Shown: positions 41,838 to 51,586, numbered from the stretch's first letter. The stretch: 64,000 bases of DNA from Candidatus Latescibacterota bacterium (GCA_965197905.1 CBDAOB010000004.1:1184001-1248000); one strand, 5' to 3'. The notes: generated from the letters alone by a model not told the origin. A program made the numbers and translations.

Positions 41838-42521
41838 ATGGCCCAGTTCGATCGACTGACCGTACTCAACGCGATGGTCGACACCGGTCTCATCCCGGTG
41901 TTTTATCACCGAGATGCTCAGACCACCATCGCCATCGCCGAGGCGTGTGTCGCCGGCGGCGTTCGCGCGGTGGAGTTCACCAACCGCGGCGACCTCGCCC
42001 ACAAGGTGTTCGCAGCGACCGTTGAGCATTTCCTGGGGAGTGACTCCGAGGTGATGTTGGGGGTGGGTTCAGTAGTTGATGCGCCCACGGCCGCCCTCTA
42101 TATCGCCAACGGCGCCAACTTTGTCGTCGGCCCGTTGCTCAACCCGGATGTTGCCCGATTGTGCAACCGCCGCAAAGTGGCCTACTCGCCCGGCTGCGGC
42201 AGCATGAGCGAAATCGCACAGGCGGAAGAGCTGGGAGTGGAGATCGTCAAACTCTTTCCAGGAGCCGAAGTGGGTGGCCCGGCCTTTGTGAAGGCGGCGC
42301 AAGGTCCCTGTCCTTGGACCCGAATCATGCCCACCGGCGGCGTCGACGCCACCAGAGAAAGCATGGAAGCCTGGTTTAGTGCGGGCGTCTCCTGCGTCGG
42401 CGTTGGCTCGAAGCTTATCACGAAGGAGATCGTCGAAACCGGTGATTACAAGTCGCTGACCGAGAATGTCAGGCAGCTGATAGGATGGATCCGTGAGATT
42501 CGCGAGGGAATAGAGCAGTAA
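41838..42521 (+). CDS. eda: KDPG/KHG aldolase family protein
   Basis: EFTNR, GVGSV, PGC...EI..A...G..IVKLFP, MPTGGV motifs. Confidence 0.88.
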   Translation: MAQFDRLTVLNAMVDTGLIPVFYHRDAQTTIAIAEACVAGGVRAVEFTNRGDLAHKVFAATVEHFLGSDSEVMLGVGSVVDAPTAALYIANGANFVVGPLLNPDVARLCNRRKVAYSPGCGSMSEIAQAEELGVEIVKLFPGAEVGGPAFVKAAQGPCPWTRIMPTGGVDATRESMEAWFSAGVSCVGVGSKLITKEIVETGDYKSLTENVRQLIGWIREIREGIEQ

Positions 42522-42537
42522 GGGTCGCAAAATGGAA

Positions 42538-42566
42538 AGCCCGCCACCGGAATACGGCAGCGGGCT
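42538..42566. terminator. Hairpin between convergent eda and ahcY
   Basis: AGCCCGC...GCGGGCT with an inner CCG/CGG stem. Confidence 0.55.
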
Positions 42567-42595
42567 CTGCTTCCTGACCTCGATCGTAGGCGTCG

Positions 42596-43942
42596 CTAGT
42601 ACTTGTAATGTTCCGGCTTGAACGGCCCTTTCGTCGAAACCCCCAGGTAGCTCGCCTGGTCCTTGCCTAGTTTTTCGAGCTTGATCCCGAGTTTCTTCAG
42701 ATGTATCCGCGCCACCTGCTCGTCCAGCTGCTTCGGCAACCGGTGTACTCCGAGGTCGTATTTCTTGTTGAACAGCTCGGTCTGCGCCAAAACCTGATTG
42801 GCGAACGACATGGACATCACAAACGAGGGATGTCCGGTGGCGCAGCCAAGGTTCACCAGGCGGCCCTCGGCCAGGAGGATCAGGCATCGACCGTCGGAGA
42901 AGGTGTATTTGTCCACCTGCGGTTTGATTTCTGACTTTTTCACTCCCTTCACATTTCCCAGAGCCTCCACCTGAATCTCCACGTCGAAGTGGCCGATGTT
43001 ACAGACGATGGCACCGTCTTTCATTTTCTGCATGTGATCGACGGTGATGACATCCTTACAGCCGGTGGTGGTGACGAAGATATCGCCTTCGCGCACCGCC
43101 TGATTCATCGGCATGACCTCGATGCCTTCCATCGCCGCCTGCAACGCACAGATCGGATCCACCTCGGTCACAATCACGCGTGCTCCGAACCCCTTCATCG
43201 ATTGGACGCACCCCTTTCCCACATCTCCATAACCGGCCACCACCGCGACCTTGCCAGCGGTCATGATGTCGGTTGCCCGCTTGATACCGTCCAGCAGCGA
43301 TTCTCGACAGCCGTAGAGGTTGTCGAACTTCGATTTGGTGACGCTGTCATTGACGTTTATGGCGGGGATCTTCAAGGCGCCGTCATCAAGCATGCGATAC
43401 AGATTATGGACTCCGGTGGTGGTTTCCTCCGATACACCGCGAATCCCGGAAAGCAGATCGGGGCGTTTCTCGTGGACCCAAGCGGTTAGATCGCCGCCGT
43501 CGTCGAGGATCATGTTGGGTCCCTCACCTTTGGGCCACAGCAGCGTTTGGTCGGTGCACCACCAGTACTCTTTTTCCGACTCGCCCTTCCAGGCGAAAAC
43601 GGGCACTCCGGCTTTGGCGATCGCCGCCGCAGCGTGGTCCTGGGTAGAGAAGATGTTGCAGGAAGCCCAGCGCACCTTCGCCCCGAGGGCGATCAAGGTC
43701 TCGATCAGCACCGCTGTCTGGATGGTCATATGCAGTGACCCGGCGATCCGCGCGCCCTTGAGCGGCTGCTTCTTACCGTAGTCTCGACGCAGGGCCATGA
43801 GACCGGGCATCTCCTTTTCCGCCAGCAGGATCTCCTCGCGGCCCCAATGGGCTTGGGAAATATCCGCTACCTTGTAGTCGGCTTTACCATTTCTCCCTGC
43901 CCGGGTTTTATTAGAAACGGAAGGGGCTGTTTTTGTCGCCAT
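42596..43942 (-). CDS. ahcY: Adenosylhomocysteinase
   Basis: [42 protein letters not shown] motifs. Confidence 0.98.
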   Translation of the reverse strand: MATKTAPSVSNKTRAGRNGKADYKVADISQAHWGREEILLAEKEMPGLMALRRDYGKKQPLKGARIAGSLHMTIQTAVLIETLIALGAKVRWASCNIFSTQDHAAAAIAKAGVPVFAWKGESEKEYWWCTDQTLLWPKGEGPNMILDDGGDLTAWVHEKRPDLLSGIRGVSEETTTGVHNLYRMLDDGALKIPAINVNDSVTKSKFDNLYGCRESLLDGIKRATDIMTAGKVAVVAGYGDVGKGCVQSMKGFGARVIVTEVDPICALQAAMEGIEVMPMNQAVREGDIFVTTTGCKDVITVDHMQKMKDGAIVCNIGHFDVEIQVEALGNVKGVKKSEIKPQVDKYTFSDGRCLILLAEGRLVNLGCATGHPSFVMSMSFANQVLAQTELFNKKYDLGVHRLPKQLDEQVARIHLKKLGIKLEKLGKDQASYLGVSTKGPFKPEHYKY

Positions 43943-44865
43943 CGTTTTTGTCCTTTGAAGGTTATGAGTTTGAGCGCAGCCGCCTCTCCGACGACCTCGC
44001 TTTCGGCAATGGTGAATCGCAGTCGCTTGAGCCAGCCTGAGACCTCCTCCGGATGGAACCCCAGCCAGAGATCTGCCAGCTGCTCCCGCAAGCTTTCATC
44101 GGTATGTTGGTGAAGATCGACAATGGTGATCCAGCCGCCTGGCTTGAGCACCCGGTGGGCCTCGGCGAGGGCGGCGGCAGGTCGAGACAAATGGTGCAGC
44201 ACCATGCACAGGACCACCGCGTCGACCTCCGCGTCCGCCACCGGCAGCTGTTCCAGATCTCCCAGGCGGAAATCGCACCGTTCCCGTTGCCCACCGAGGG
44301 TTTCGCGAGCCAGCTCGAGCATGGTTGGGGAAGCGTCCACGGCGATCACCTGCCGCGCTCGCTGAACCAGCGCGGGCAGTAAAAGGCCGGACCCGGCGCC
44401 CATGTCTAAAATCGCGTCGCTCCGTTCCGGCAGCAGGGAAAGCGCGACGCGACGGTAATATTGGCCGTTCAGGCTGCGATGTTCGAGATCGGTCGGCTCG
44501 CTGATGTTGTCGAAAAACTGTCGCGTCTGCTCTTTTCGGCGTTCGATAGCCCCCTCGAGACGCTGGAGGTCCGCTTCGAAGTCGGGCACCGTGCGTTCGT
44601 GGCGTTTGAGATGGACGAGGGTATCGCCGACGAGGCCGGCCGTGTCCTGGTCGTTCCATTGATAATAGATCCAGGTCCCTTCTCTCCGGTTATTGATGAG
44701 CTCAGCGTCAGCGAGAATCTTCAGATGCCTGGAAACCCTGCTTTGCCCCATCTGGAGAATATCCTGGAGTTCGTTTACGTTGAGCGCGGCGCGTGACAAT
44801 AACCGCATGAGGCGCAGCCGGGAATTATCGGCGAGCGCTTTATAAAGCCGAAGAGAATCGGTCAT
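43867..44865 (-). CDS. sahR: ArsR-HTH + SAM-methyltransferase regulator (SahR-like)
   Basis: [37 protein letters not shown]; located directly upstream of ahcY. Confidence 0.8.
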   Translation of the reverse strand: MTDSLRLYKALADNSRLRLMRLLSRAALNVNELQDILQMGQSRVSRHLKILADAELINNRREGTWIYYQWNDQDTAGLVGDTLVHLKRHERTVPDFEADLQRLEGAIERRKEQTRQFFDNISEPTDLEHRSLNGQYYRRVALSLLPERSDAILDMGAGSGLLLPALVQRARQVIAVDASPTMLELARETLGGQRERCDFRLGDLEQLPVADAEVDAVVLCMVLHHLSRPAAALAEAHRVLKPGGWITIVDLHQHTDESLREQLADLWLGFHPEEVSGWLKRLRFTIAESEVVGEAAALKLITFKGQKRWRQKQPLPFLIKPGQGEMVKPTTR

Positions 44866-44873
44866 AGGTCGAT

Positions 44874-44921
44874 AAAATAAATAATGAATTGACAAATGTC
44901 AATATCAAGATATATTGATAT
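44874..44921. promoter_or_regulatory. Back-to-back sigma-70 promoters and a SahR-like operator palindrome
   Basis: TTGACA(44889-94)AA TGTCAA(44897-902); minus-strand -10 TATTTT 17 nt away; plus-strand TATATT at 44911-16; palindrome ATATCAA-GATATA-TTGATAT at 44902-44921. Confidence 0.75.
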
Positions 44922-45034
44922 ATCGTCCGTTTTGGGAAGTTCGCCCCGAGGAATCTGCCCATGTTCGCCGTCTCGACTCGCCGTCGCAGAAGGGAACCCA
45001 GGATTGGGAGCTTGCACGCCTACAGGAGGGGATC

Positions 45035-46033
45035 GTGAAACCGTTGTCGGAACGAATGGAGGATTCTCAGCCGCTGGTATATGACGGGGGATTTGGGGCC
45101 GGGCTTTTCGATCGGGGGGTTGAATTGACCAACAGCTCGTTGGCAAATCAACTACATCCAAAAACCGTGGTTGACATCCATCGCGACTACATCGAGGCCG
45201 GGGCCGAGGCCATAGGCACAAATACCTTCGTCGCCTCGGCATTACATCTCGAGATGGCGGGGAAGAACGAAAATGACGTGGAGCCCATCGTGTGCACGGC
45301 CATCGAGCACGCGCGGCTGGCCGTCGAGCAGAGCAAGAAGCAGGTCTACGTCGCCGGCTCCATCGGACCCTCCCCAGGAGCCATCGAAACAGACGCTGGG
45401 GACACCGTATTCGGCATTGCCAATGACAAAGCCCGTGCGGCGCACGAGAAGGTGGCAGCGGTCATGGCGGACAGCGGCGTCGATTTTTTTTGCGTTGAAA
45501 CCCAGTTCTCGGCCAACGAAGCCGCCCTCATTGTCGACGTTTTGCGGCAGTTCGAGCTGCCCATTGCGGTCAATCTGACCTATAAACACACCAAGAATCG
45601 TAAGACGGGAGAGATTGTCTACAAGACGGATTGGGGTCACGGGCCCGCCGATCTGGTCGAGATTCTAGGCCAGGGCGAGTGTGCCGGGGGGGTCGATCTG
45701 CTGGAATACGTCGACATACTGGGGACCAACTGCGGGGCCGAATCGACCCTGGTCGAGCACACCGGAATGCCGTACGCAGTCCTGGCAACGGTTCAGTTGC
45801 GGGAAGCGCTGGAGGGCCGCAGCATCGCCGGCAAGAGAATCATGGCGTACCCGAATGCCGGGGTGGCTCGCCTGGACAAGGTGACGCGGCGCACCTATTA
45901 CGCGCAAAGCCCCGAAGAGATGGCGAGGCACATTCCGGCGCTAGTGGATGAAGGCGCGTTTGTTGTGGGGGGATGTTGCGGCACCGGTCCGGAGCATATC
46001 AGCGCGTTCTGCGGTGCTTTGACCACCTCCTAG
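45035..46033 (+). CDS. Homocysteine S-methyltransferase domain protein (stand-alone MetH N-module-like)
   Basis: DGGFG, H..YIEAGA...TNTF, AGSIGP, GTNCG, YPNAG, GGCCGT.PEHI motifs; GTG start after AGGAGG. Confidence 0.88.
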   Translation: MKPLSERMEDSQPLVYDGGFGAGLFDRGVELTNSSLANQLHPKTVVDIHRDYIEAGAEAIGTNTFVASALHLEMAGKNENDVEPIVCTAIEHARLAVEQSKKQVYVAGSIGPSPGAIETDAGDTVFGIANDKARAAHEKVAAVMADSGVDFFCVETQFSANEAALIVDVLRQFELPIAVNLTYKHTKNRKTGEIVYKTDWGHGPADLVEILGQGECAGGVDLLEYVDILGTNCGAESTLVEHTGMPYAVLATVQLREALEGRSIAGKRIMAYPNAGVARLDKVTRRTYYAQSPEEMARHIPALVDEGAFVVGGCCGTGPEHISAFCGALTTS

Positions 46034-46053
46034 GGTGGGATCTGGCGTCCCCG

Positions 46054-47217
46054 TCAACCGTTTTCCGTTATGCGTGCCAATGTCTGCCGCAGCTGCTGCA
46101 AGGTGATCGGCTTGCCCATGATCACATCGATCGCTGCTTGGGGTCCGTCGTCGGCGGTCATGGCGTCTTTGAATCCGGTCAGTAAGACCACCGGTTTTTC
46201 CGGGACGATCCTCTTGATCGACAGGGCCAGCTGCGTGCCGCTCATTTGCGGCATCGCCTGATCCAGCATCACGACGTCGAAGTGACCCGAAAGAAACTTT
46301 TGCAACCCCTCGCGTCCGTCGTTGGCGAGCTCGACCCGGTGTCCGTCAGCGACCAGAAATCCGTGTATTAGGTTGCAGAATTTGGGTTCGTCGTCCACCA
46401 CCAGCAGGCTCAGAGGTTTAATCGGTACCGCGGTATCGCTGACTTCCTCGACAGTGGCGTCATCGCTGGGTTTCGCCGCCGGCACCGTGACCGTGACCGT
46501 GGTGCCGGCGCCGATCTCCGAGGCGATGTCAATGCTGCCTTCGTGCCGGCGTACAATGCCGTAAACGAGTCCCAGTCCCAGTCCCGTGCCCTGATCACCC
46601 TTGGTGGTGTAGAATGGTTCCATACACCGCCGTCGGGTTTCTTCGCCCATCCCGACTCCAGTGTCTGCAACGGCGAGCTTCACCGTGTCATTCGCCGCAA
46701 AGGTAGACACCGTGATGGTGCCGCTATTCTCCATGGCGTCTACAGCATTGAAAATCAGGTTGGTCAGCACCTCGCGGAGCTCGACTTGGTTCCCTTCTAC
46801 GACGGATTCGTCCGTCAGTTCCGTTTTCAACTCAATGGTCAGTCCGTTGGCCCGCGCCTGTTCCGCCCATCTGGGACGGGTTAGGGACACTACCTGATTT
46901 ACCACGTCGCTCAGTGCTACCGCACTGAACTCTTCACCACTGTCGCGGAAACGGTAGAAGGAGCGCAGCCGGCGCACGATCTCGGCGGCGTCCTGGGCGG
47001 CGGTCTTCATTAGCTCGAGGTATTCAGTGGTCAGGGTCCGGTTGTCGAGCGTGCCTGCATCCATAAGGAGCAGGTCGCTGTAACCCAGGACCATGGACAG
47101 CTGATTGTTGAAATCGTGGGCTATGCCGCTGGCCATTTGGCCGAGCGCACTCAAGCGTTCCGTGCGAATGAGTTCGGAGTCGGAACCAGCCGTGCCCCTT
47201 GAGCTGCCGGGCATCAA
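46054..47217 (-). CDS. Hybrid histidine kinase (HisKA-HATPase-REC) without a sensor domain, probably 5'-truncated
   Basis: ERLSALGQMASGIAHDFNN about 20 aa from the start; NLIFNAVDAM; GTGLGL; VVDDE..D.AMP..KP. Confidence 0.75.
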   Translation of the reverse strand: MMPGSSRGTAGSDSELIRTERLSALGQMASGIAHDFNNQLSMVLGYSDLLLMDAGTLDNRTLTTEYLELMKTAAQDAAEIVRRLRSFYRFRDSGEEFSAVALSDVVNQVVSLTRPRWAEQARANGLTIELKTELTDESVVEGNQVELREVLTNLIFNAVDAMENSGTITVSTFAANDTVKLAVADTGVGMGEETRRRCMEPFYTTKGDQGTGLGLGLVYGIVRRHEGSIDIASEIGAGTTVTVTVPAAKPSDDATVEEVSDTAVPIKPLSLLVVDDEPKFCNLIHGFLVADGHRVELANDGREGLQKFLSGHFDVVMLDQAMPQMSGTQLALSIKRIVPEKPVVLLTGFKDAMTADDGPQAAIDVIMGKPITLQQLRQTLARITENG

Positions 47218-47236
47218 GTACCTCGATTCGGTTGAA

Positions 47237-48625
47237 TCAGGATTCCTTCAACGCCGCCACCAAATCCATGATTGCCTCCTTGCCACTGCCGAAGAACATC
47301 AAGGTGTTGTCGGCTGCAAAGAGTGGATTCGGTACGCCGGCAAATCCGGGACTCAAGCTGCGTTTTATCACCACAACGGTGCGCGCTTTGTCTACGTCGA
47401 GAATGGGCATGCCGGCGATCGGACCACCATCGTTTTCCCGCGCCACCGGGTTCACCACGTCGTTGGCGCCGATCACCAGCGCCAGGTCGGTTTGTGTGAA
47501 GGTGGAGTTGACCTCCCGCATCTCTTTCAGCTTCTCGTAGGGCACCTCAGCTTCAGCAAGGAGAACGTTCATATGTCCAGGCATGCGGCCGGCGACGGGA
47601 TGGATGGCGAAGTCCACTTCGGTGCCGCGGCTCTCCAGCAGATTGGCGAGGTCGCGGACGGCGTGCTGCGCCTGGGCAACCGCCATGCCGTATCCGGGGA
47701 CGACCACCACGCGGCGTGCCGTTTCGAACAACATGGCGACCTCCTCAGCAGAGGTCGATTTCACCTTGCCGGCGTAGATATCCCCTCCCGGCTCTCCACT
47801 CCCAACAGCACCCACGGCGGCAAAGAACACATTGCCGATGGAACGGTTCATCGCCCAGCACATGATTTGGGTCAGAATCAAACCCGACGCCCCGACCAGC
47901 GAACCAGCGATGATCAACACGTTGTTGTCGAGCACGAAACCGGTTGATGCAGCTGCCAGACCCGAACAAGAATTCAACAGGGCGATGACCACCGGCATGT
48001 CGGCTCCGCCAATGGGTGTTACAAGCAGAATTCCCAGGGCCGACGCGACGGCTGCCATGATCCAGAACCAGTCACTGTTTGCAGGTTCCAGGACCAGGAG
48101 CACCGCCGTTGCGATGCTGGCCACGGCGAGCAGTAGGTTCAAGACGTGGCGCCCGGGGAACACGTGAGGGTTTCCCGATATCAACTCCTGGAGCTTGGTA
48201 AAAGCGACCAAGCTACCCCAAAAGGTGATGGCGCCTATGATGCCCGACGCAGCGGTGGCTATAGAAACCTGGGTGGTGATCGTGGTGGCCGTAGAGTTAC
48301 TCTCCACCAAAGCGGCACCCGCAACCAGAACCGAAGCCACACCACCAAATCCGTTGAACAGTGCCACCAGTTGCGGCATCGCCGTCATTTGAATCTTGAG
48401 AGCGAACAGGGCACCGATAGCACCGCCGACGACCAGCCCAACAAGGATCAGCTCGAACTCGAGGATCCTCGAATCGACAACCGTGGCAACAACCGCCAGA
48501 AGCATTGCCAAGGCGCCGAGCAGATTCCCGCGCACCGCGGTCCGTGGATGGGTGAGTCCCTTGAGACCGAAGATGAAGAGTGCGGACGCCACCAGATACG
48601 CGGCGTTGATAAGTGTCGAGCTCAT
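47237..48625 (-). CDS. pntB: NAD(P) transhydrogenase beta subunit
   Basis: MPQLVALFNGFGG, GGADMPVVI, VPGYGMAVAQAQH, HPVAGRMPGHMNVLLAEA motifs. Confidence 0.97.
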   Translation of the reverse strand: MSSTLINAAYLVASALFIFGLKGLTHPRTAVRGNLLGALAMLLAVVATVVDSRILEFELILVGLVVGGAIGALFALKIQMTAMPQLVALFNGFGGVASVLVAGAALVESNSTATTITTQVSIATAASGIIGAITFWGSLVAFTKLQELISGNPHVFPGRHVLNLLLAVASIATAVLLVLEPANSDWFWIMAAVASALGILLVTPIGGADMPVVIALLNSCSGLAAASTGFVLDNNVLIIAGSLVGASGLILTQIMCWAMNRSIGNVFFAAVGAVGSGEPGGDIYAGKVKSTSAEEVAMLFETARRVVVVPGYGMAVAQAQHAVRDLANLLESRGTEVDFAIHPVAGRMPGHMNVLLAEAEVPYEKLKEMREVNSTFTQTDLALVIGANDVVNPVARENDGGPIAGMPILDVDKARTVVVIKRSLSPGFAGVPNPLFAADNTLMFFGSGKEAIMDLVAALKES

Positions 48626-48630
48626 GCCGT

Positions 48631-48915
48631 TTAGTTTCGCCTCTTGAACATGCCCAGCATTCGATGGGTGACCAGAAACCCGCCAACCACGTTCACGGTC
48701 GCGAATATGACAGCGGCGAGACCGAGCCAGGTGGTGAGCTCGGGCCGGTCGACCCCGGCGGCCAGGAGCGCACCTATCAGTGTGATACCGGAGATGGCAT
48801 TGGAGCCGGACATGAGGGGCGTGTGCAGGGTGGGCGGAATCTTGGTTATCACCTCGAAGCCCACGAATACGGCGAGGATGAAAATCGTCAATGTCGTCAC
48901 GAAGGTTTCCATCAT
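48631..48915 (-). CDS. pntA: NAD(P) transhydrogenase alpha subunit, part 2 (membrane)
   Basis: LHTPLMSGSNAISG, NVVGGFLVT.RML.MF motifs. Confidence 0.95.
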   Translation of the reverse strand: MMETFVTTLTIFILAVFVGFEVITKIPPTLHTPLMSGSNAISGITLIGALLAAGVDRPELTTWLGLAAVIFATVNVVGGFLVTHRMLGMFKRRN

Positions 48916-48925
48916 TCCTCCTCTG

Positions 48926-50065
48926 CTAACTGTGTATCAGTGGATGGACGATCTTGCCACCGCGCGCAACAAGAGTTCCTGATGTTATCTCATCCTCCTC
49001 ATCGAGGGTCAGCTCTCCCTCCCTCAATAGATGCTGCACGAACGTGGATAGATTGTGGGCAAACATCTGGCTCGCGTGCTTGGGAATGGTAGAAGGCAGA
49101 TTGGTGGGACCCAGGACGATGACACCGTCGTGTTGAATCCGTTCATCAGGTCGGGTCGATTCGCAATTCCCCCCGCGCTCGGCTGCCAGGTCAACGACGA
49201 CCGATCCGGGAGCCATGCGGCTCACGGTTTCGGCCGTGATTAACAGCGGCGCCGGCGTGCCCGGAACAGCGGCGGTGGTAATCACCACATCGCTCTCTGC
49301 CACTACCTCACCCAGGGCTGCCCGTTGGCGCTGGTAAAACCCCTCGTCTTGCGCCACGGCGTATCCCCCGGCGTCCTCGCTGTCGGCGGCGTCGAGGCCG
49401 AGGTCCACGAAGCGAGCACCGAGACTCTCCACCTGTTCCCTCACTGCGGGCCGTAGATCGTAGGCTTGGACAACCGCGCCGAGACGGCGAGAGGTGGCGA
49501 TCGCCTGAAGTCCGGCAACACCCGCCCCCACCACTAGGACCTTGGCGGGGGTCAGCGTGCCCGCGGCCGTCATCATCAACGGGAAGATGCGCGGCAATTC
49601 CGTGGCAGCCATAAGCACCGCCTTGTACCCGGCCAGAGTTGCCATGGCCGATAGCACATCCATGCTCTGTGCCCGGGTGATGCGCGGCATGAGTTCCAAT
49701 GCCAGAAGGGTGACTCCGGTTTCCGCGAGCTCCCGAATCTCCCTCACGGCGGAGAGCGGTTCGCACATGCCGATCACCACCTGTTCGGCGCGCATGTGTT
49801 GCAGATCCTGGCGTCCGGCATCCGGATTGGCGCCGTAGGTCCGCACCTGCAGAATCATATCAGCTTGCGCGAAGAGTTCCGTTCGGGAAGCGGCCAGCGA
49901 CGCACCCTTTTGCTGGTACGCTTCGTTTGGAAACCCGGCCCGCAGACCGGCATCTGCCTCCACCATAGCATCTATCCCGGCCTCGGATAGGGAAGGCAGT
50001 GAGTCGGGTATGAGAGCTACTCGGAGTTCTCCGGAATAGGTCTCGGCGGGAATACCTGCGATCAT
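48926..50065 (-). CDS. pntA: NAD(P) transhydrogenase alpha subunit, part 1 (domain I)
   Basis: PRITRAQSMDVLS, GAGVAGLQAIAT, DLAAERGGNC motifs. Confidence 0.95.
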   Translation of the reverse strand: MIAGIPAETYSGELRVALIPDSLPSLSEAGIDAMVEADAGLRAGFPNEAYQQKGASLAASRTELFAQADMILQVRTYGANPDAGRQDLQHMRAEQVVIGMCEPLSAVREIRELAETGVTLLALELMPRITRAQSMDVLSAMATLAGYKAVLMAATELPRIFPLMMTAAGTLTPAKVLVVGAGVAGLQAIATSRRLGAVVQAYDLRPAVREQVESLGARFVDLGLDAADSEDAGGYAVAQDEGFYQRQRAALGEVVAESDVVITTAAVPGTPAPLLITAETVSRMAPGSVVVDLAAERGGNCESTRPDERIQHDGVIVLGPTNLPSTIPKHASQMFAHNLSTFVQHLLREGELTLDEEDEITSGTLVARGGKIVHPLIHS

Positions 50066-50231
50066 CTAATTTTGGTCTTGTAGGAGTACGGTTAGGCGGA
50101 AACAACCAAGCTGGATAAGATAGGTAATGGTTTGCGAGTGACCACCCCGTAACGTGGCAGAGGTGAAACTGCCGGTGCACAAAAAAACCGCCACATCGCT
50201 GAGCGGTCGAAAGGAATAAACATTGAGGCAC

Positions 50232-50276
50232 AAAAAAACGGCTGTGACGGGAACGCTCTAGAATCCGTCACAGCCG
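50232..50276 (-). terminator. Intrinsic terminator
   Basis: Perfect 12-bp stem CGGCTGTGACGG/CCGTCACAGCCG followed by T7 on the minus strand; a weaker hairpin plus T7 follows at 50181-50207. Confidence 0.9.
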
Positions 50277-50519
50277 CAGGCAGTTGTCCGGCGGCATTGT
50301 TCCCTCCTCTTTGGGGTGCCTGTAACGGTCTATCAACCCACGTCCGCGGCCCTGTGTTACTCGGTAACAACCATTGCCTGCGCCATTCACCTCGTGCGGG
50401 ATGTGCATCCCAGGTCAGGTGAACTGCCTGACATCTACTTACGGGTCCAATGTCACGCAGGCTACGGTTGAACGGACCCTTTCGGACGGCGACCGTTCGC
50501 GTGATAGCTTTGCGGCTAC
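50232..50519 (-). ncRNA. Unassigned ~290-nt structured RNA (riboswitch/attenuator or independent ncRNA)
   Basis: Bounded by a promoter and a terminator; at least 7 complementary stem pairs found by eye; no credible long ORF. Confidence 0.7.
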
Positions 50520-50525
50520 ATGTTT

Positions 50526-50554
50526 ATTCTAGCGGGTTGACCGGCAAGAGTCAA
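50526..50554 (-). promoter_or_regulatory. Sigma-70 promoter
   Basis: TTGACT (50554-50549), 17-nt spacer, TAGAAT (50531-50526), with an A/T tract upstream. Confidence 0.8.
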
Positions 50555-50636
50555 GAAAATAATCATCGATTTTCGGAAAACGAGTGAGCCGCTTCGCCCT
50601 TGATCGTCGGGATTGTGCACAGCGGTGCTGATCTAC

Positions 50637-51488
50637 TCATCCGGCGATCTCGAGGTTCGCCATTTCGTCGCAGCGGGCAGGATCCCTGAGCTTGCTGAGC
50701 GCCCGCTCTTTGAGCTGGCGCACGCGCTCGCGAGTGAGGTCTAGCGAAACGCCGATCTGCTCGAGCGTCATCGGCTCCTCTCCGTTCAGACCGTAGTAGG
50801 AGCTGATGATGTAACGCTCGCGATTGTCCAGACAAAACAGCGTGGATTCTATCTGTGTGCGGACCTCTACGGTCGCAACACCGGCGTCGGGAGCTGCTTG
50901 CGTCTCATCTACGAGCACGTCCATCAGGCTGCGATCGTCGTCCGCTTCGAAGATTTCGTCGAGCGAACAAACATCCCGACCCCGGTGAATCGTATCCATC
51001 ACATCCGCGGCCGACATATTCAGTTCCGCCGCAACCGCTTCGATATCGGGCGCGCCTTCTTGCCCCTGTCCCAATCGGTTGGACACCTTGGCGATCTCGT
51101 TGAGCAGGGATATCCGATTGGTCGGCAAACGTACTGTGCGCGACTGTTCGGCCAGGGTCTGGAGTATGGACTGGCGAATCCACCAAACGGCGTAGGAGAT
51201 GAATTTGAACCCCCTCGTCCCGTCGAACCGATCGGCGGCGGTCAGGAGACCGAGGTTGCCGGCACTTATGAGTTCGGGAAAGCTGAGACCTCTGCCCTGA
51301 TACCCTTTTGCCACGTCGACGACAAAACGCAGATTGGCGTTGACCAGCTCATCGCGCGCCGCGCCATCCCCCCTTTGGATTTTGGCGGAGAGCTCTACCT
51401 CGCGCTCCCGCGTAAGCGGTTTGGAATCGACGATATCATCGAAATATAGCCTGAGGGAATCCGCGTCGTTCTTTGAATGCTCTACCAA
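50637..51488 (-). CDS. RNA polymerase sigma-70 factor (RpoD/RpoS-like, no region 1.1)
   Basis: ANLRFVV.VAK.Y, FKFISYAVWWIRQSI, TLEQIG..L.LTRERVRQ motifs. Confidence 0.92.
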   Translation of the reverse strand: MVEHSKNDADSLRLYFDDIVDSKPLTREREVELSAKIQRGDGAARDELVNANLRFVVDVAKGYQGRGLSFPELISAGNLGLLTAADRFDGTRGFKFISYAVWWIRQSILQTLAEQSRTVRLPTNRISLLNEIAKVSNRLGQGQEGAPDIEAVAAELNMSAADVMDTIHRGRDVCSLDEIFEADDDRSLMDVLVDETQAAPDAGVATVEVRTQIESTLFCLDNRERYIISSYYGLNGEEPMTLEQIGVSLDLTRERVRQLKERALSKLRDPARCDEMANLEIAG

Positions 51489-51586
51489 AGAGACCGTCCT
51501 GTGGAATGATGGTGGCGCCTACGTCGGCCGTGGGACCGACGAGTTTAATATTCACAACGTCCAACGGGCGATAATGGTTCCGCAGG

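Noticed and set aside
44925..45034. SAH/SAM/cobalamin riboswitch before the homocysteine methyltransferase
   Set aside because: Only a vague CCGAGGA resemblance; core consensus elements are missing and a protein operator explains the regulation.
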